64,000 nucleotides of DNA from Bugula neritina (taxonomy: Eukaryota; Animalia; Bryozoa): contig OZ037767.1 in the NCBI GenBank assembly GCA_964035545.1, forward strand, positions 4,294,707-4,358,706, read 5' to 3'. The translations under genes and the position numbers were made by a program. The notes below the pieces were generated by a model. The model was not told where the DNA came from and made no database searches. It worked only from the letters and a program-made list of their open reading frames with translations. Shown piece after piece: positions 12,741-26,521 of the stretch; within the stretch, counting starts at the first letter, position 1; each line of letters begins with the position of its first letter.

Positions 12741-15163
12741 TTTTCCAAGAGTATTCAAAGTGGGAAGTCTAAACTCACAATTCTAGTACTATTTTATATA
12801 GTAATGTTGCACTTTATAATTTATGTCCACTGCAGAAAATTAATGTTCTTCATTTTAGATTGACTATGAGTATTTTGACTAACATTCATAACTGACCATT
12901 AACAGCTAGCTTTTATGGTTTTGAGTTCAAGCTTTTAATTGATCTTTGATATAGAAAACTTTTTACTATGTAATGTAATAACAACGTGCAGCTCGCGAAT
13001 CCCAACAGCATCTTGATATGAAACTTGCATGCTCAAGTTTCTCAACCATGTGACAGTCTGAAATTTGCATACCAATTACATTCTCAGGTAACTCCCTCAA
13101 TAAATTCTTTCACAATTTTAAAAAGAAAATATTTGTATTTATATCAGTTCTCAAGTTACAGTCATATCTTCTCATCTTTCCAATTTGTACTTCTACCTAT
13201 ACAAGAGAAGACAACTACGAATATAATCAATATGTCTAGCTTATTCAACAATTTATAGGGAACATAACTCTTCGTTTTGCAAAGTTTTTACATCTGCTGT
13301 CAATTTTGTTGCTTTGTAGAGTTTTGATAATTTTAAATACACAAATATTGCAAGAATATTGCTGCAAAGTTTTCAATAGGTAAGAATTGACATTTTCCTT
13401 AAAGTACTCTCTTTAATTATAAGCATCTTTAGCTGCTAGCATATCTTTGGCTATAAGCATATGGTATCGATAATTCTGGCTCATAAAATATTGCTTCGAA
13501 GAAAAGTATGCTTTATCCAAGAAATCTATTTTGTTTAATTGTTGTTGCAAGCAAAACACAGTTGATATCTCTTTTAAAAATTAAAAATTATAGCAAACAA
13601 CTTCCTGAACACACAAAATTACCAACTATTGAGAATATCTTGAGTCAGACTTGTAGGTATTTGAAGTTATTTTCTTTTTTTTATTCACTGAACCCGTGTC
13701 ATGGTATTTAGTTCTTTTCTGTAAAAACTATCACATCATGACCTGCAGACATCTATAATATTCTTGCTAACAATAGTAGTAAAGTTTGAATTTGCATTAT
13801 AGTGCCTTATATTCACATCACGGAGAGGGAGGAGGGAGGAGAGGAGGGTTTTAGGACTGAACTAAAATATGCCATAACAGTTGAACAATCTAACAGTAGA
13901 TTAATTAATTAATTAATTAATTCTTACAAAGAGTTAAAATACTCTACACTCAGCTCACCTAAAAGCACTGAGATTCTGTGTCACTATAAACACTTTCTTG
14001 TGTCACCAGGAAGTTAAAGACCTATACCGACCTACCATGCATTTACCCAACATAGAATTTTTTCACCAACCCTGTACTTTATACAATGCAAGAAAAACAG
14101 TGTCTGAAAATTAGCATTTAACGCAGTTCCATTTTATATCATAAATTAGTTTGTTTTTCTGCTGTAAAACCTTTTGTGTTATGAAGTTTTAGTACATCTT
14201 CAGCTCTCTAAAGTCTTAGATGACAGCTTCGAGAACGCTAAGTTCACTTTTTATATAAAGTTTTAAGCAAATTGCACAGTAGTCTCGCCAGAGTATTGTA
14301 AAATTTATATTTTAAAAGAAAGAAAATAAAATATTAAAGTCACGTTTTCTAGCAACAAGCATACATACATATTTTGCATTCTTTTTTTTAATTTATTCTT
14401 CTATTTTATAATCAAATGTGTGAATCCTGCAAACATTCTGTTTTTACTATAATTAACAAATCATTTCTGAGGTGATAAGTGACTATTATTAAATTATCAT
14501 TAATAGTTAGCTGTAAACGTGACATGAAAGTTTGAAGTTCAGGTGACATGAAATCATAAGCAAATTAATTTCCGATCAATCTTTAAATGTAAAAATAATT
14601 TACATTTCCGATAACAAATTCTATAAATACATATTGTATTTGACCACATGTAAAGGTTAAACCTCGTATATTAAGCTGATAGTGGATATTTGCGCAGCTT
14701 TAGTGATGTCTAGTTTCTAAACTGCCTTAATAACAACAAGAGTTTAAATCTGTCATGAATAGAAGTACGTCTATACTGATGATGAGTGAATAACAAGCTT
14801 TATAGTGTAAAGCTATTGTTACATACATTATAGTTTATGTTTTGAGTTGGCAAACACAATAGTCAAAACCTAAAAGATATAATTGTTTTTGCATTTGCTT
14901 TTTATTTTTGTCATTACATGGCATGATTGTATTTTCTACTAACATACGCTGGCATGTTCTATGATATTGAAGTATTGCCAATTACTGCTGTAATATAGTC
15001 TGTACTTTTGGTGCATGTTTTCAACTAATATTTCTTAAATAAAGTTGCTATAAATGAAGGACATTTTTATCTGTGTCAACTTAGTAACCAATATAGATTC
15101 AGGTCTGATAGTAACCTGATGAAAATTGTATACATGTGTACATAAATATTACAACTTTATAAT

Positions 15164-15378
15164 AAACTCACGCAAGTTTATAGTCACCATTCCTGTGAGA
15201 AACCCCTGATAGAAAGGGTTTTTGTTGAAGCGGGCTAAGGACTTATTTAAATGAGGCACAGGAGCAATTATGACTGGATGCCCTCCCTAACATCACCAAT
15301 GGTCTTTGTCTGGGCTCGAACCCATGGCCTTCGTGTTTACCAGGCAAACGCTCTAACCCTTAGACCACGGCTGCTCCC
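15164..15378 (-). mobile_element. tRNA-derived SINE, full length
   Basis: Minus strand GGGAGCAGCCGTGGTCTAAGGGTTAGAGCG (A box) and GGTTCGAGCC (B box), core GGCATCCAGTCATAATTGCTCCTGTGCC. TSD (C)TTTATAAT at 15155-15163 and 15378-15386. Confidence 0.85.
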
Positions 15379-18300
15379 TTTATAATGATATACTAAATTT
15401 AATTAAAAAAATAAAAATATAGGTCTGAGTGTATAATGTAGTTTGTATAAGAGCTATTCTTCACTATATTATACTGTAACACATATTTCGAATGAGCTAG
15501 TTTTAGTATTAGATGGTAGATGGCAACTCATTGTTAGATTCTTTCTCACTGTAGCTGTTTTAGTCTTTACCAGTAGAGAGAACTCTTGCATGTTTTAAAG
15601 TCTTCATCCCTTTGAGAACTCCTGAAGGCACAGAATCAATTGTGATTGGCTGCACTTTCTGACATCACCAATACTCTGAACTGTGTCACACTAGACCTGC
15701 ACTCTAACCTCTGACCTCTAGGCAAATTAGCAACTTATCATTGTGTTTTCGACAGCATATTATGCAAATGGATGCCCATACGAATTAATCTGTGCTTGCG
15801 GCTTGCATCAACTTATGGTTGTAGTTTTGCATAACGCGAATGATGAAAACACAATGTAAATTTGTTAATCTAACTCTATTTTAGTCTAGTAAATATATAT
15901 GAAGATCCTTATAGCGGCTGTGAACTAAATTTGTTCTCTTACAGCGCAGTTAAATTTAGCTGCAACGATTTCACATGTTAACTAATAAGACTTGGTGTGT
16001 TCTGTAATAGTATTTATATTATAAAATGAAATTTTCAAAATGCATGGCTCAATAATTTATACTTTATTATTAAAAAGCACTATTTAGAATGCTTGTAATA
16101 TTTACAGAATGCTGATTAATTTCTCTGAAAACATTATTTCTAGAAATACTATTCAGCATATTATACAACACTATTATTCAGATGTTTACATCAAGACTTG
16201 CACAACCTGCTATATACGTTTAAAAATAAAAAAAATCACACTAATGTTATTTCTATAAAGCTAAAATATTAATTTCTCTATGATAATTTAATAAATCAGC
16301 TACATTACGTCATTGTTTATAGCATAGACTTGAAAGGTGATGCCATTTAAATTATGATACTGAATAACAAGCTACATGATAAGAAACTGTATTGCATAAT
16401 GATGAGACATACTATAGTAATACCTTATTCACATTATTATCGGATTTGTCTAATCAGTTTGAATAAATTGCTAAATAAATAAACCATTAGAGGCAATAAA
16501 TTGTGCCTTATTAGTTTTTATAGGAGTTCATATCAGTTGAAACATGTTGCTATTGGCTTGTGCAACTTTTCTTTACATTCATTCTACAGACTTTGACAAA
16601 TTTATTTGATTCACACCATATTGTTGTTATGGGTCATAAATTATTCCACTTCCTTCTTTTGTGTGCAACATAATAAGAGATGCCACCATGTCCCTAATAC
16701 CTAGGGTCTGCGTTATTGTATGCAGTCTGAAAATAGAAATTATAACTAAATAATTAGACGTAGCCTATAATTATTATGTCGTCTAACATTTCACATAGCA
16801 TATGATTGTCATGCCCAGTATAACTTTATACTCAGCTGTATATCATACAAAATGCAATCTAACAAAATATCTTTGTGTAATTATAAACTCTCCTTTTCTA
16901 AACTGAGACTCCAGTGTTGTGTTCACTACGGATGATGTATTCCATGAAAGTTTTAAACTTATGACAGCTAAAGTCTCATGAAAAACATAATAGAATTATT
17001 AAAAAACTTTAAATTACAACTTTTATTGAAATTAACAAATTTTTTGAATTGTTCATTATAATAATTGTATCAAAACCGATGTAATAAAAGTTTTCTTAGT
17101 GTGGCTTTATTAAACAAAGTTTTTTAGCCAGTACAAACACTAATTACGAAGACGTTTTAACTTGTTTCTAAAAAGACATTACAAATATTTTCTACTAAGC
17201 CATATGCCAGAATTAGATTTAGAGTATTTACAATACCTTTTGCTTTATTTTTTTTTCACCCGAGTTTAAAAGATATGGAAAAGTTACTAGAAACTAAATT
17301 CTTGTTATTGTTATTTTTGATATGACTTGCCAAATTTTTATATTGATTTCTATTGCTTAATAAAATGTGGTTATTTCTTAACATGACATTTTGCTTAATC
17401 AATGTTTTCTTTGTGTTTTCTACTTGCATGCAAAAACAGAGCCTTCTGTATAACAAACCATTCTTACATGATCAAGTTTGATATTGAAAAAAATTATTTT
17501 GTTGCAAAAGCAGAAGGTTATATTTTTAAAAAAGAATAATAAATGAAATAATTAGTTATATGCCTTCTATTGGAGATAGATTTCAGTGCTATACAATTAT
17601 CATTTGCATTGGTTTGCTTGATAAATAATTAATAATTTTGTTTTTAAAATCAGCAATAGGATAAATAAAGCAATGATGTCAAAGTTTTTCATTTTATAAG
17701 AAAACAATCTTTCCAGATAAATTTCCTTTCCAAAATAAAACTCCCATGCTACCATGGGAAGTATGACAAAAATTATAAATTATCAGGTGCCTTTTGCAGT
17801 AATCTTAGAACTTTCCAGATCATTGCAAAGCTACTTGTTATAAGTCACCCCGTGTAACCTAATTACAATCTTCTCTCCGGAATATGTAGGATAAAATAAT
17901 GAGTCTACACCGCCTAACATATTAGATTAACATCCGTCACACCTACTTGCTAACTTGCAAAGATATGCTTTAATTGTAAAATGACGAGTTTAATATCATA
18001 TAGCACCTAAACCTACATTTTATGAGTTGTCAAAAATAGTTTCAAAATAATATTATTGAAGTTACAAGCTGCTCACCTCAACATCTAACATCCTCGTTCA
18101 GTGATGTTACATACGTCTGTGTTGCAATATTTAGCCTTCCACGTTAATCAACTCTTCTACTGCTGCATTTCTCTGTTAGTTGACCAACACACCATGGTGG
18201 TGCCTCATTTAACATGTAGGTGCCATGGTGGTGCCATAAACATATGTCTAATAAAAGTGTTAGAAAGTTTGAGTGGGAAAATTATCCTGTTGACTGAAAA

Positions 18301-21300
18301 ACAGCACAAATTATAAGCTTTTAATAACAAATAAACAATTTTTAAGTTATGTTCAGGTAGTGATAAGATTCCCTAATAGCCCCTATAATGTAATGATTAT
18401 TAGCCAGATAGCTTGCAAGTTGGACGGACTACAGATAGGACAGTTATTTGACAAGCTCTTTTGGTTAGTTCAGTGACAAATTCGCTATTGGAAATGTATA
18501 GTTTTATAGCGCATAATTTTTGGAAAAGTTAAAGTACACTAAAGTTGCGATATTTCAACATTATTTATCAAACTTTTTATGATTAATAATATACATTATA
18601 AATAATTTGATTCTGATTGTACTTGTGGCAGCTCTAAACTTCTTTAAAGGCTGCCTTTGTTATAATTGTGTAGCAAAATTATACCATAAAATTGCTCTAA
18701 AAATAGATAAGTTACTAAATTCTTCCAAAAAGTAAAATATCTTTTTAATATAATAAAACAAAGTTGTTGGTCAAAGTTATATACTTTTTAATATCCAACA
18801 AAGTTTAAGTAAACCAATGCCAACTAATATAAATAAATGTTATCACTTCGTTTAGAGTTTTTTTGTTTACCATAAAGTTATCATTAATTTTTGGCTTGTA
18901 TTATGCTACTAACATTAATAATATCAGTTTCACATATTTTTATTTTATCATAATGTTCTCTATTTCAATTATGCTTATCTTATTTTATGATTTGCAAAGT
19001 TTTTAACAAAAGTTTCAATTAAGTTAAATAACACTAAATCAGTGCGCAGCTGGTAATTCTAAGATATTCATACCAGTATATACAACATCAACTGATCTGA
19101 AGCAACCAACTTTTTTAATTCCCTAAAAATGAAAAGTCCTATACTCAAAATTTTGCAACTGCAATTTATTTTAAACGATGTGAAAAAGACATTTTAAAGT
19201 TTGAGCCCAAGTAATTAGTTTGATAAGTCAATAAATTAAATATAAAACACTTTATTACTTACATAATGTATCATAGTGTTGCTTAGATATATACAGTATA
19301 GTGTAGAACAATCTACTAGAGTGTGGTGTCATGCAACCTGCCATAATATAATGTAACCAAGTGGTGTCAAACTACTTATTTTGTAGATTATTTATTTATT
19401 AGAATACTCCTTAAACTTTCTTTTCAGGGTATAATAATTTTTGACAAACAAAAAAATCTGGAGATTTCTTTATATCTGTCTATAAAAACAATTTAGACAA
19501 TATTTAATTATTTTGCTTTTTAGACTTTAACTTAAAAAATAAATATAACATTTATAAAATTTTTAATGTAATCAATAAAATTTGTTTCAAATGGATGTCT
19601 TTCTAGTTTTACTATACCAGCTGCATTTTATTAGTTGGTTAATAATATCTAGTTATAATAAAATCAAATATATATCTATACCGGGAATTAAATTAAGTCA
19701 CTAAAGCTAATTCTTATACTTGAATTAAATCACCAAAAAACTAGTCGGCTTGAAAAAAATTAAAACACCTGTTTTTTTCTTCAATCACTATGAAAAATGT
19801 AAAAATAAATTCTTACTTCAAAAATGGTTTAATACATTTATAAATGGTGATAATTTTTCACCACCTCACCTTCAATGTCAATATTCCTTGTCTCTAGCCA
19901 TTAGATCATTGCTGCTAAGTAGAAAAAGTAGTATTTACTTTGAAAATGCAGTATTGGCATCTCAAAAACCATCAATGCAATATGCAGGGTTATTATTCAT
20001 AGTAAGTGCAGACACCATTCTGTAATCCAAAATCATTTCAAGAAATGAAGGCACAATAGATTCTTGTATTGTCTTACAAATTATGCAATAGATAACAACA
20101 AACTTAGCAAAGTTTTTAAACAAAATAATATACAAATGCATACAAATTTTATAGTATGATTATATGACTTTGCATATGACACCTCCATAATCTTTAGTAT
20201 TATGATATTTGCTTATGTAATAAGTTGATAATCCACCTCAAACCTTACGTATGGCAATAAACTTGAAACCAATCATATCTGGTTATGCAACTACGTACAC
20301 ATTAATTAAATTAGCAAGAATATTGATCATTGAACCCCATTGGCTAAAAGTATCATCCAAATATTTTAAGTCTATGTTAACAGCAATACTGTGTCTAGAT
20401 TTCCAAAATCTGTTTGCCATAAAAAATACCTCATGACTACTAATTCCAGTGCCATGTGCGCTACTTGGTGGAGCAAACATTTGTTTGGTAGAGGTGAATA
20501 AGTCACCAGAGAGATGATTATTGAATAAAGATTATACCTGTACCATATTGTGACCCAAGGAGCCTTGTTTAGTTAAGATGAGAATATCCTACAGTCCCAT
20601 TGAATATATGCTAATGTTTAGAGAACTAATTCAGTCTTTATATGAGGACCACCACACAAAAAAGCTACAGTTGCCTAAATTAAAGATATGTATGGAATAT
20701 TTCCCAACAAAGGAAGGAGTAGCCAGAATCCCTGATACACTTTATTTATTTATTTATTAAAAAAATTATGTATATCTTATCATTTGTGGTTGGCTTTTAT
20801 TGCATGGTACGTAAGTCTAAACTTTTAATCTTTAACCCAACTCAGTTATTATGTGTTGTATAGCAGCTAAGAAAAGAATGCCATGAAAGTCAGCAATAGT
20901 TACTGATAGTTTTATAATACAATGGCCTTAAAGTCCAGTATAAAACATCATCTGAAATCCCAAATCTTTTCAGCACATGTGCTGACAAAATTTATTATAA
21001 AACAAAATTGTTGGAGCATAAAACCAGAAAGCAGTATTTTAATACTGCATAGTTGAAAAGTGTATCGAAGATTTATAAAAGTTCTTTAATTGTCACATGG
21101 CAGGTTACATGACTTTAATAGCATTGCTAAATTCTAATTTCATAAGCAATGCCTTTTCATATGAGCTTAAAGGCCTATTTTCATTTCGTAATATTTATTA
21201 AATCTGACTAAAAAAAATTTTTATGAACAGTTTTAATGCCGCTAAAATTCAGAAAAGAAAAATGCCTTACCACTTGTTTTTAAAGTAACTAAAGAGTAAG

Positions 21301-21426
21301 GTGTATCTAAAGTATCTAAAGAGCAAGGCGTAGCTGCGATCAAAATGCAGGTTAGAGAATTTGCATATGTTGGAAAGACGAAACTAATTTATCTCATAAA
21401 AAAGTTTGGAAGTTTGAAGACCACAT

Positions 21427-21726
21427 CCCCTCATCACGCTTGCCGCACCGTACGCCATAACAGGAAATATCAGCCATTTTTACAAATGTTTGAGCTTCCT
21501 GTACGGCGTTGCGGTACGGTAGGATCAAGTACTGCTTGATTTAAATAAGTTGCGGCGGACTCCTATTGGACATAAAAATTTTTGCGTTAACTCATTGGAC
21601 ATAATTGTCCAATGAAGTGTCATAGATCGTACCTAATAGCGGACTTTGAAAAACTTCAGCCCAGACACATTAAAAATGGCTGATATTTTACACCATGACC
21701 TACGTGCAGCAAATGTGAATGAGGGG
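21427..21726. mobile_element. Degenerate inverted-repeat element (MITE remnant)
   Basis: Perfect 17-bp inverted repeat AAATATCAGCCATTTTT (21465-21481 and 21672-21688), with imperfect outer arms CCCCTCAT...ATGAGGGG. Confidence 0.5.
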
Positions 21727-22089
21727 TATTATGTATACACACCGGCATTACCATGTTAAGAAGTCATTTAATGTGGTGGCCATATTAACCGATGTGACCA
21801 AAATTAGTAGTGGAGCCCCTACTAACCTTATTCAACACTTTTAGAGTAACTGAGTCTAAGATTCTAGGTTCCCAAGGAGGGGACTTATGAAGATTAATGT
21901 AAGCATTGAAAATTGAAGCTTTTAATTATAATTTATTTCATAGGTTATTACAGACACTTCTATAATATAGAAATAAGAAATTTAAAGGGGAAATGAGGAC
22001 AGACCAGGTGATGTAAATTATATATAAGCTCAAATACCTATGGCATCAATCCAGTGTTTTGTGTTGAGATATAACAACAGAAAAGTGCC

Positions 22090-22177
22090 CATACATCATG
22101 TGATATCGTAACATACGCCATGTGACATTTCAACATATACCATGTGACTTTGCAACATGCATCATGTGATATTGTAA
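22090..22177 (+). repeat. 22-bp tandem repeat, 4 units
   Basis: catacatcatgtgatatcgtaa-like units, each containing CATGTGA. Confidence 0.85.
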
Positions 22178-25100
22178 ATAATAACAGTAATTATTTGTTA
22201 TTATATTTCTTGCAAAATCTAATGCATTGAGCCATAAAAAATAAAATAAATTAAGCAAGTTCATAAAAGACTTAAAATTACGAATGCTTTCACATATTTG
22301 GGTCACGATTGAAAATGAATAAATAGTTTGAAACTTCTTTGGAAATTCTTTCAGCAGTGAAAGAACTTGGATCCGTTTAGTCTGTTTAAATCTTGCACAA
22401 GATTCTGGTGAATTGCAGGCAGAGTGAAGATATATAATAATATAATACAGAGTACTTACAATGCAGTTCAGCTGACAGAAGAAGTAATATTGTTGACTGA
22501 AGTAGCTAATACTTTTGATTGCTGCAGTAAAAGTGCCTTCTGTCTCTTGCTAGTTCTGTACCAACAGACCTAACTGCTACCTCCATGCATGATCAGTGAC
22601 TACTACTGTCCTGGTTACAGATATCTGGTATTGGTAACAATGCTGTGAAATTATAATGTATTATTACCTTGGAATTCTTTTATTGTTGTTATGTCGCAAC
22701 TGTTTTGATGGTGTCATAGAGGAATGGAGTTTGTTGTAAAGAACTAATGGGAATTTAATTCGGACCTCACAATACATGTTACGAAAAGACAGGTGTGACA
22801 CAATGCCTAAGATTCCGTGGAGTTTTAAGAATTGCAAAATAAATGGCAGATGTGAAATAAGCTCTAAGTGATGTATTATTACACAAATTAATTTATATTA
22901 TGAATGAATTAGATGACTCATGCATAGTCATACAGAGTTTTGCATCACAGCTAAAATCTTCATGATGTAATCTGAACCGATTATACGCTCCGGTATTTTT
23001 TAATTTATGATCAAAAGACTTATAATCATAAAATAATTGGTTGATTAAAGTAAAACTACACAAAGTATACAGATTTTAATGGTTAAAAGTTTCAAAACTT
23101 TGAATATTCAGAGTGTCTTGTAGCTCACGAAACTATAGTCAATGTGAACAGTGAATATAGGAAATATGTTATGATTTCTCCGCTAATGAATCACTGATGT
23201 TATATTGATGACAACTATTAGTAATGTATTGGCTATCAACGTAACTACAAAGAAAAGCATTCTATCCTTATCACTATAACTACCTCGATACTTCAGAACT
23301 AATTATATACTTAGTCTTCTTCTGTTGTATTTTTAAATAAGCAAGTTGTTACTCCCGTTGCATAAGATTCTCTCAATTTAGTTTAGCTTCCGACTAACTC
23401 TATTTTTAATAAACTTGGCATTGCAGGGTAAAACGGTTGTATGAAGTTCCATACCTAACTATAGATAAGTTCTTTCAACAGCCTGTAATAATATGCATTT
23501 AGATGAATTAAAATTTGCTGTTTTTTGTTTTTCGTAACAGTAAAAAGCATGATATTTTAGATAGTCTTGGCTGTTGTAACATAAAAAAAATCTTATAGTG
23601 AAAGAGCAGTGAATCAGAGTTTTTTCTTTGAAAACTTAAAATATCTTTTAGTTTATTCATGTATATTATAACTGCATTGTCAAGGTTAAAAGTGATGGTA
23701 ACACACGTAGAAAAAGTTCGTCAACCAAGGTCAAAAGCCTGCTCTCCGCTTTAAAATTTAAAACATTGTTTCTATTATTTTGCAAATTCCGAAGTTCGAT
23801 GAAACCGGATAAATCTAGTTCCCGGGCCCACGCAGCGTCTGGCTGAGCAGGAAACACCCAGCTGTCTTCTGCTTGATTCATCTAAATTCAGGAGGTTTGA
23901 AAACCATATTACTCGTACGCATCTAGTGTAATCTTACATGAATAATATTGTATTAGGATATTCACTGCTTTAGAATCCTGTTGGGAAGAACATCTTGACC
24001 TGCTTTTGGCAGAGTTAAGTTCTGTTGGTGCCAAATGATATCCACCAAGCAGACATTGCAAGGTGCTTGCTCACCTAATTCAGGTAATCTGGAAAGCACC
24101 AAGTAGATCATTACAGGTGCCAAAGTGACTTTTTAAAAAAATTTAATGGCGAGTTAGAAATATTTCACACCAATTAAAATGTTGTTGCCTGGGAAAAGCT
24201 ACATAAGTAATAAATGTTATAAACATATTTGATTTAAGACTTATATATTTGTTAGTACTTGAAACTGAAGGTCAAACATGGTACAGATTTGTGCCAAAAA
24301 TATTCATGTGGAAGGGTAAAATATTGCGTTACTTGGTAAATGCCGTGTAACAGCTAACTATATTGAGCAGGGAGTTTGTAAATATTAAAAAAGGAAATAT
24401 GCATAAATTGCGAAAGTTACTGATTTCACTTACCTTTAGTATGTATCTACATAATATTTTCTGCTACATACTTGTTTTTGAAGTATTAAACAAAATTATG
24501 GTGGCCATGATACCTGTAAGAATCCCTGATGAAAGATTTTATAAGTGCTCTAAGGACCTTTTCACTATTAAGGCAAACGAGCAGTTACGAGTAGATGCTC
24601 TTTGTGAGTTTCAGTTTTAAGCTTTTATCCCAATCAGTTGTAAATGATTGAGAATCAGGAGTAAAAAGTAAAGTCATTAGTAAATACAAATGGTGAATAC
24701 AAAGGGTCACTCCAATTTTTTTTCGACTGTCAACGTGTTGTATGTGTGGAAAACAAAGCTTTGCACACAAACCCCGGTTCTATGTGGCAGAGCCTTTACT
24801 TCTTTCGTATAATTGTCAAAAATTACTAGCCTATTTTATATCACTACTTTTAAAACCAATTATCAGCTAATACTTATGCAGTTGCTTTCACTATAACTGA
24901 AAGCTGCATGTATAGATCTATTAATTTAGTCGTATAAGGAAAAGGTAAAGAGATTTCCTTCTAAACTAAAAACTGACTAGATTTATTAACCAGCTTAGAG
25001 CCGATCAGAGAGTTGCATATCATGCCTTTATACTAGTAACTAGAGGATTGTAAATGTGCTATAAAATGTGCATTGTCAGGTTAATGGACTTTAGAAGAAT

Positions 25101-25822
25101 TGTTGAAATATCACGCTATGTAGATGTGATGTAAACACTTAAATCAAAGTCCTTCCAGTCACTTACTTCTGTTGACTAAACCAACTTATACAAATTTGTC
25201 AAATTTGAACATGATTTACCAATTTTATGGTAGATATCAAAAAAGTTCTGATTGAGTTAGTAGGTTTTCTCTGCAGTAGTGTTACAAATACTCAATTATC
25301 TATACAGGTTAGGTGCAGTAGTAGAGAAGTGTGCTACGTGTGCAAGTGATACTTGCATGCATGATGCAACAATCTTGCCGGCAAAATAAATAATCTCTAA
25401 TGAAATACATCTCAGTCTCTAATAACTAACTCATGTGACTTTATATCTACTCTTCTCAAGAGATTAGACTGATGGGATGGTATGGAGCTTCATACAAACA
25501 TAAAACCTTTTTCGATTTCAAGATAGAATTAATAGTTTATTATTATTATTATAAAATAGCATCAGTATAACGCAGTAGAAAATATGACTTCAACATGTAA
25601 CAATGTAAAATTAAATGCAATTTTTTAAAATGATGTGCAACTTTCATATTTTTAGTGAAAAAAAGTCATTAATTTGCAAATAAAATATAATAATTTAGTG
25701 CAAAAGGAATCTATTTTTAGCAGTATGTAGCTAGCGTCAAGGGAAGAAATGAGATCAAACGAAAGTAAATGCATGAGGTTCACTGGTACGTGTAGAATTT
25801 CCATCACCCAGCCAAGGCTGAG

Positions 25823-26422
25823 TTAGAAGCAAGTGTAGCCTTTTGTCATATTATACGTATTTCTGTCTGCCATCTAAAATATTTTAAAGAAACAGTAGCA
25901 AAAAAACTATAGTAAGGTATGCAAGATTTTAGCAAAAGCCATTAAAAATTCAAGTAAGAAAGATGTTTGGAAGCGCTAAAAGTTTCTCTATATATTTAAG
26001 TAAGAAAGAAAGATCTTATTTTGTACAACTTCTGTATTCATAAAATTTAAATAAGCAATGTTTTGTTTTATTTCCCAGTTAACATTTTGCAGTTTCAAAA
26101 TTTTAGCAATATTAGAAATGTTAGAAACACAAAATTTGTTTTGGAAAATTGTTGAGTTTAAATTTGGTATTTTTAGCTTCCTTCTATTCAATTTTGTTAA
26201 CTAAACAATTGATATAGAAAATCCAACAAGTTAACCATTGCTCACCAAATATGCAGCAAATGCAGAACTTCTAAAGATAGCACCAGCTTGCAATATTTTA
26301 GGCTCAAACGCCCTGCTTTTTAAGCTTTCATCACCACCGATCATCACTAAATTGCCTGCAGCTACCTCTTCGCTGATGTTGTGGATCTCGTAAAACTCGG
26401 GGTTAGCGTTGATTCTGCCCAT
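25823..26422 (-). CDS. Microprotein paralog 3, 2 exons, 75 aa
   Basis: Exon 1 26422-26246 encodes MGRINANPEFYEIHNISEEV...GAIFRSSAFAAYL, then TTG|GTGAG. Exon 2 25873-25823 after attttag encodes MADRNTYNMTKGYTCF*. TATATAAG lies 99 nt upstream of the ATG. Confidence 0.8.
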
Positions 26423-26513
26423 CTTATCCTTTTGGTAGACTGGTTTCTTGGAAGCTTGTTTGTTGTCACTCGGCTTCAAATGAAGGTTTATAATTCGCTT
26501 TAGTTGCACTCTC

Positions 26514-26521
26514 CTTATATA
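26514..26521 (-). promoter_or_regulatory. TATA box of paralog 3
   Basis: TATATAAG on the minus strand, 99 nt upstream of ATG 26422. Confidence 0.65.
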
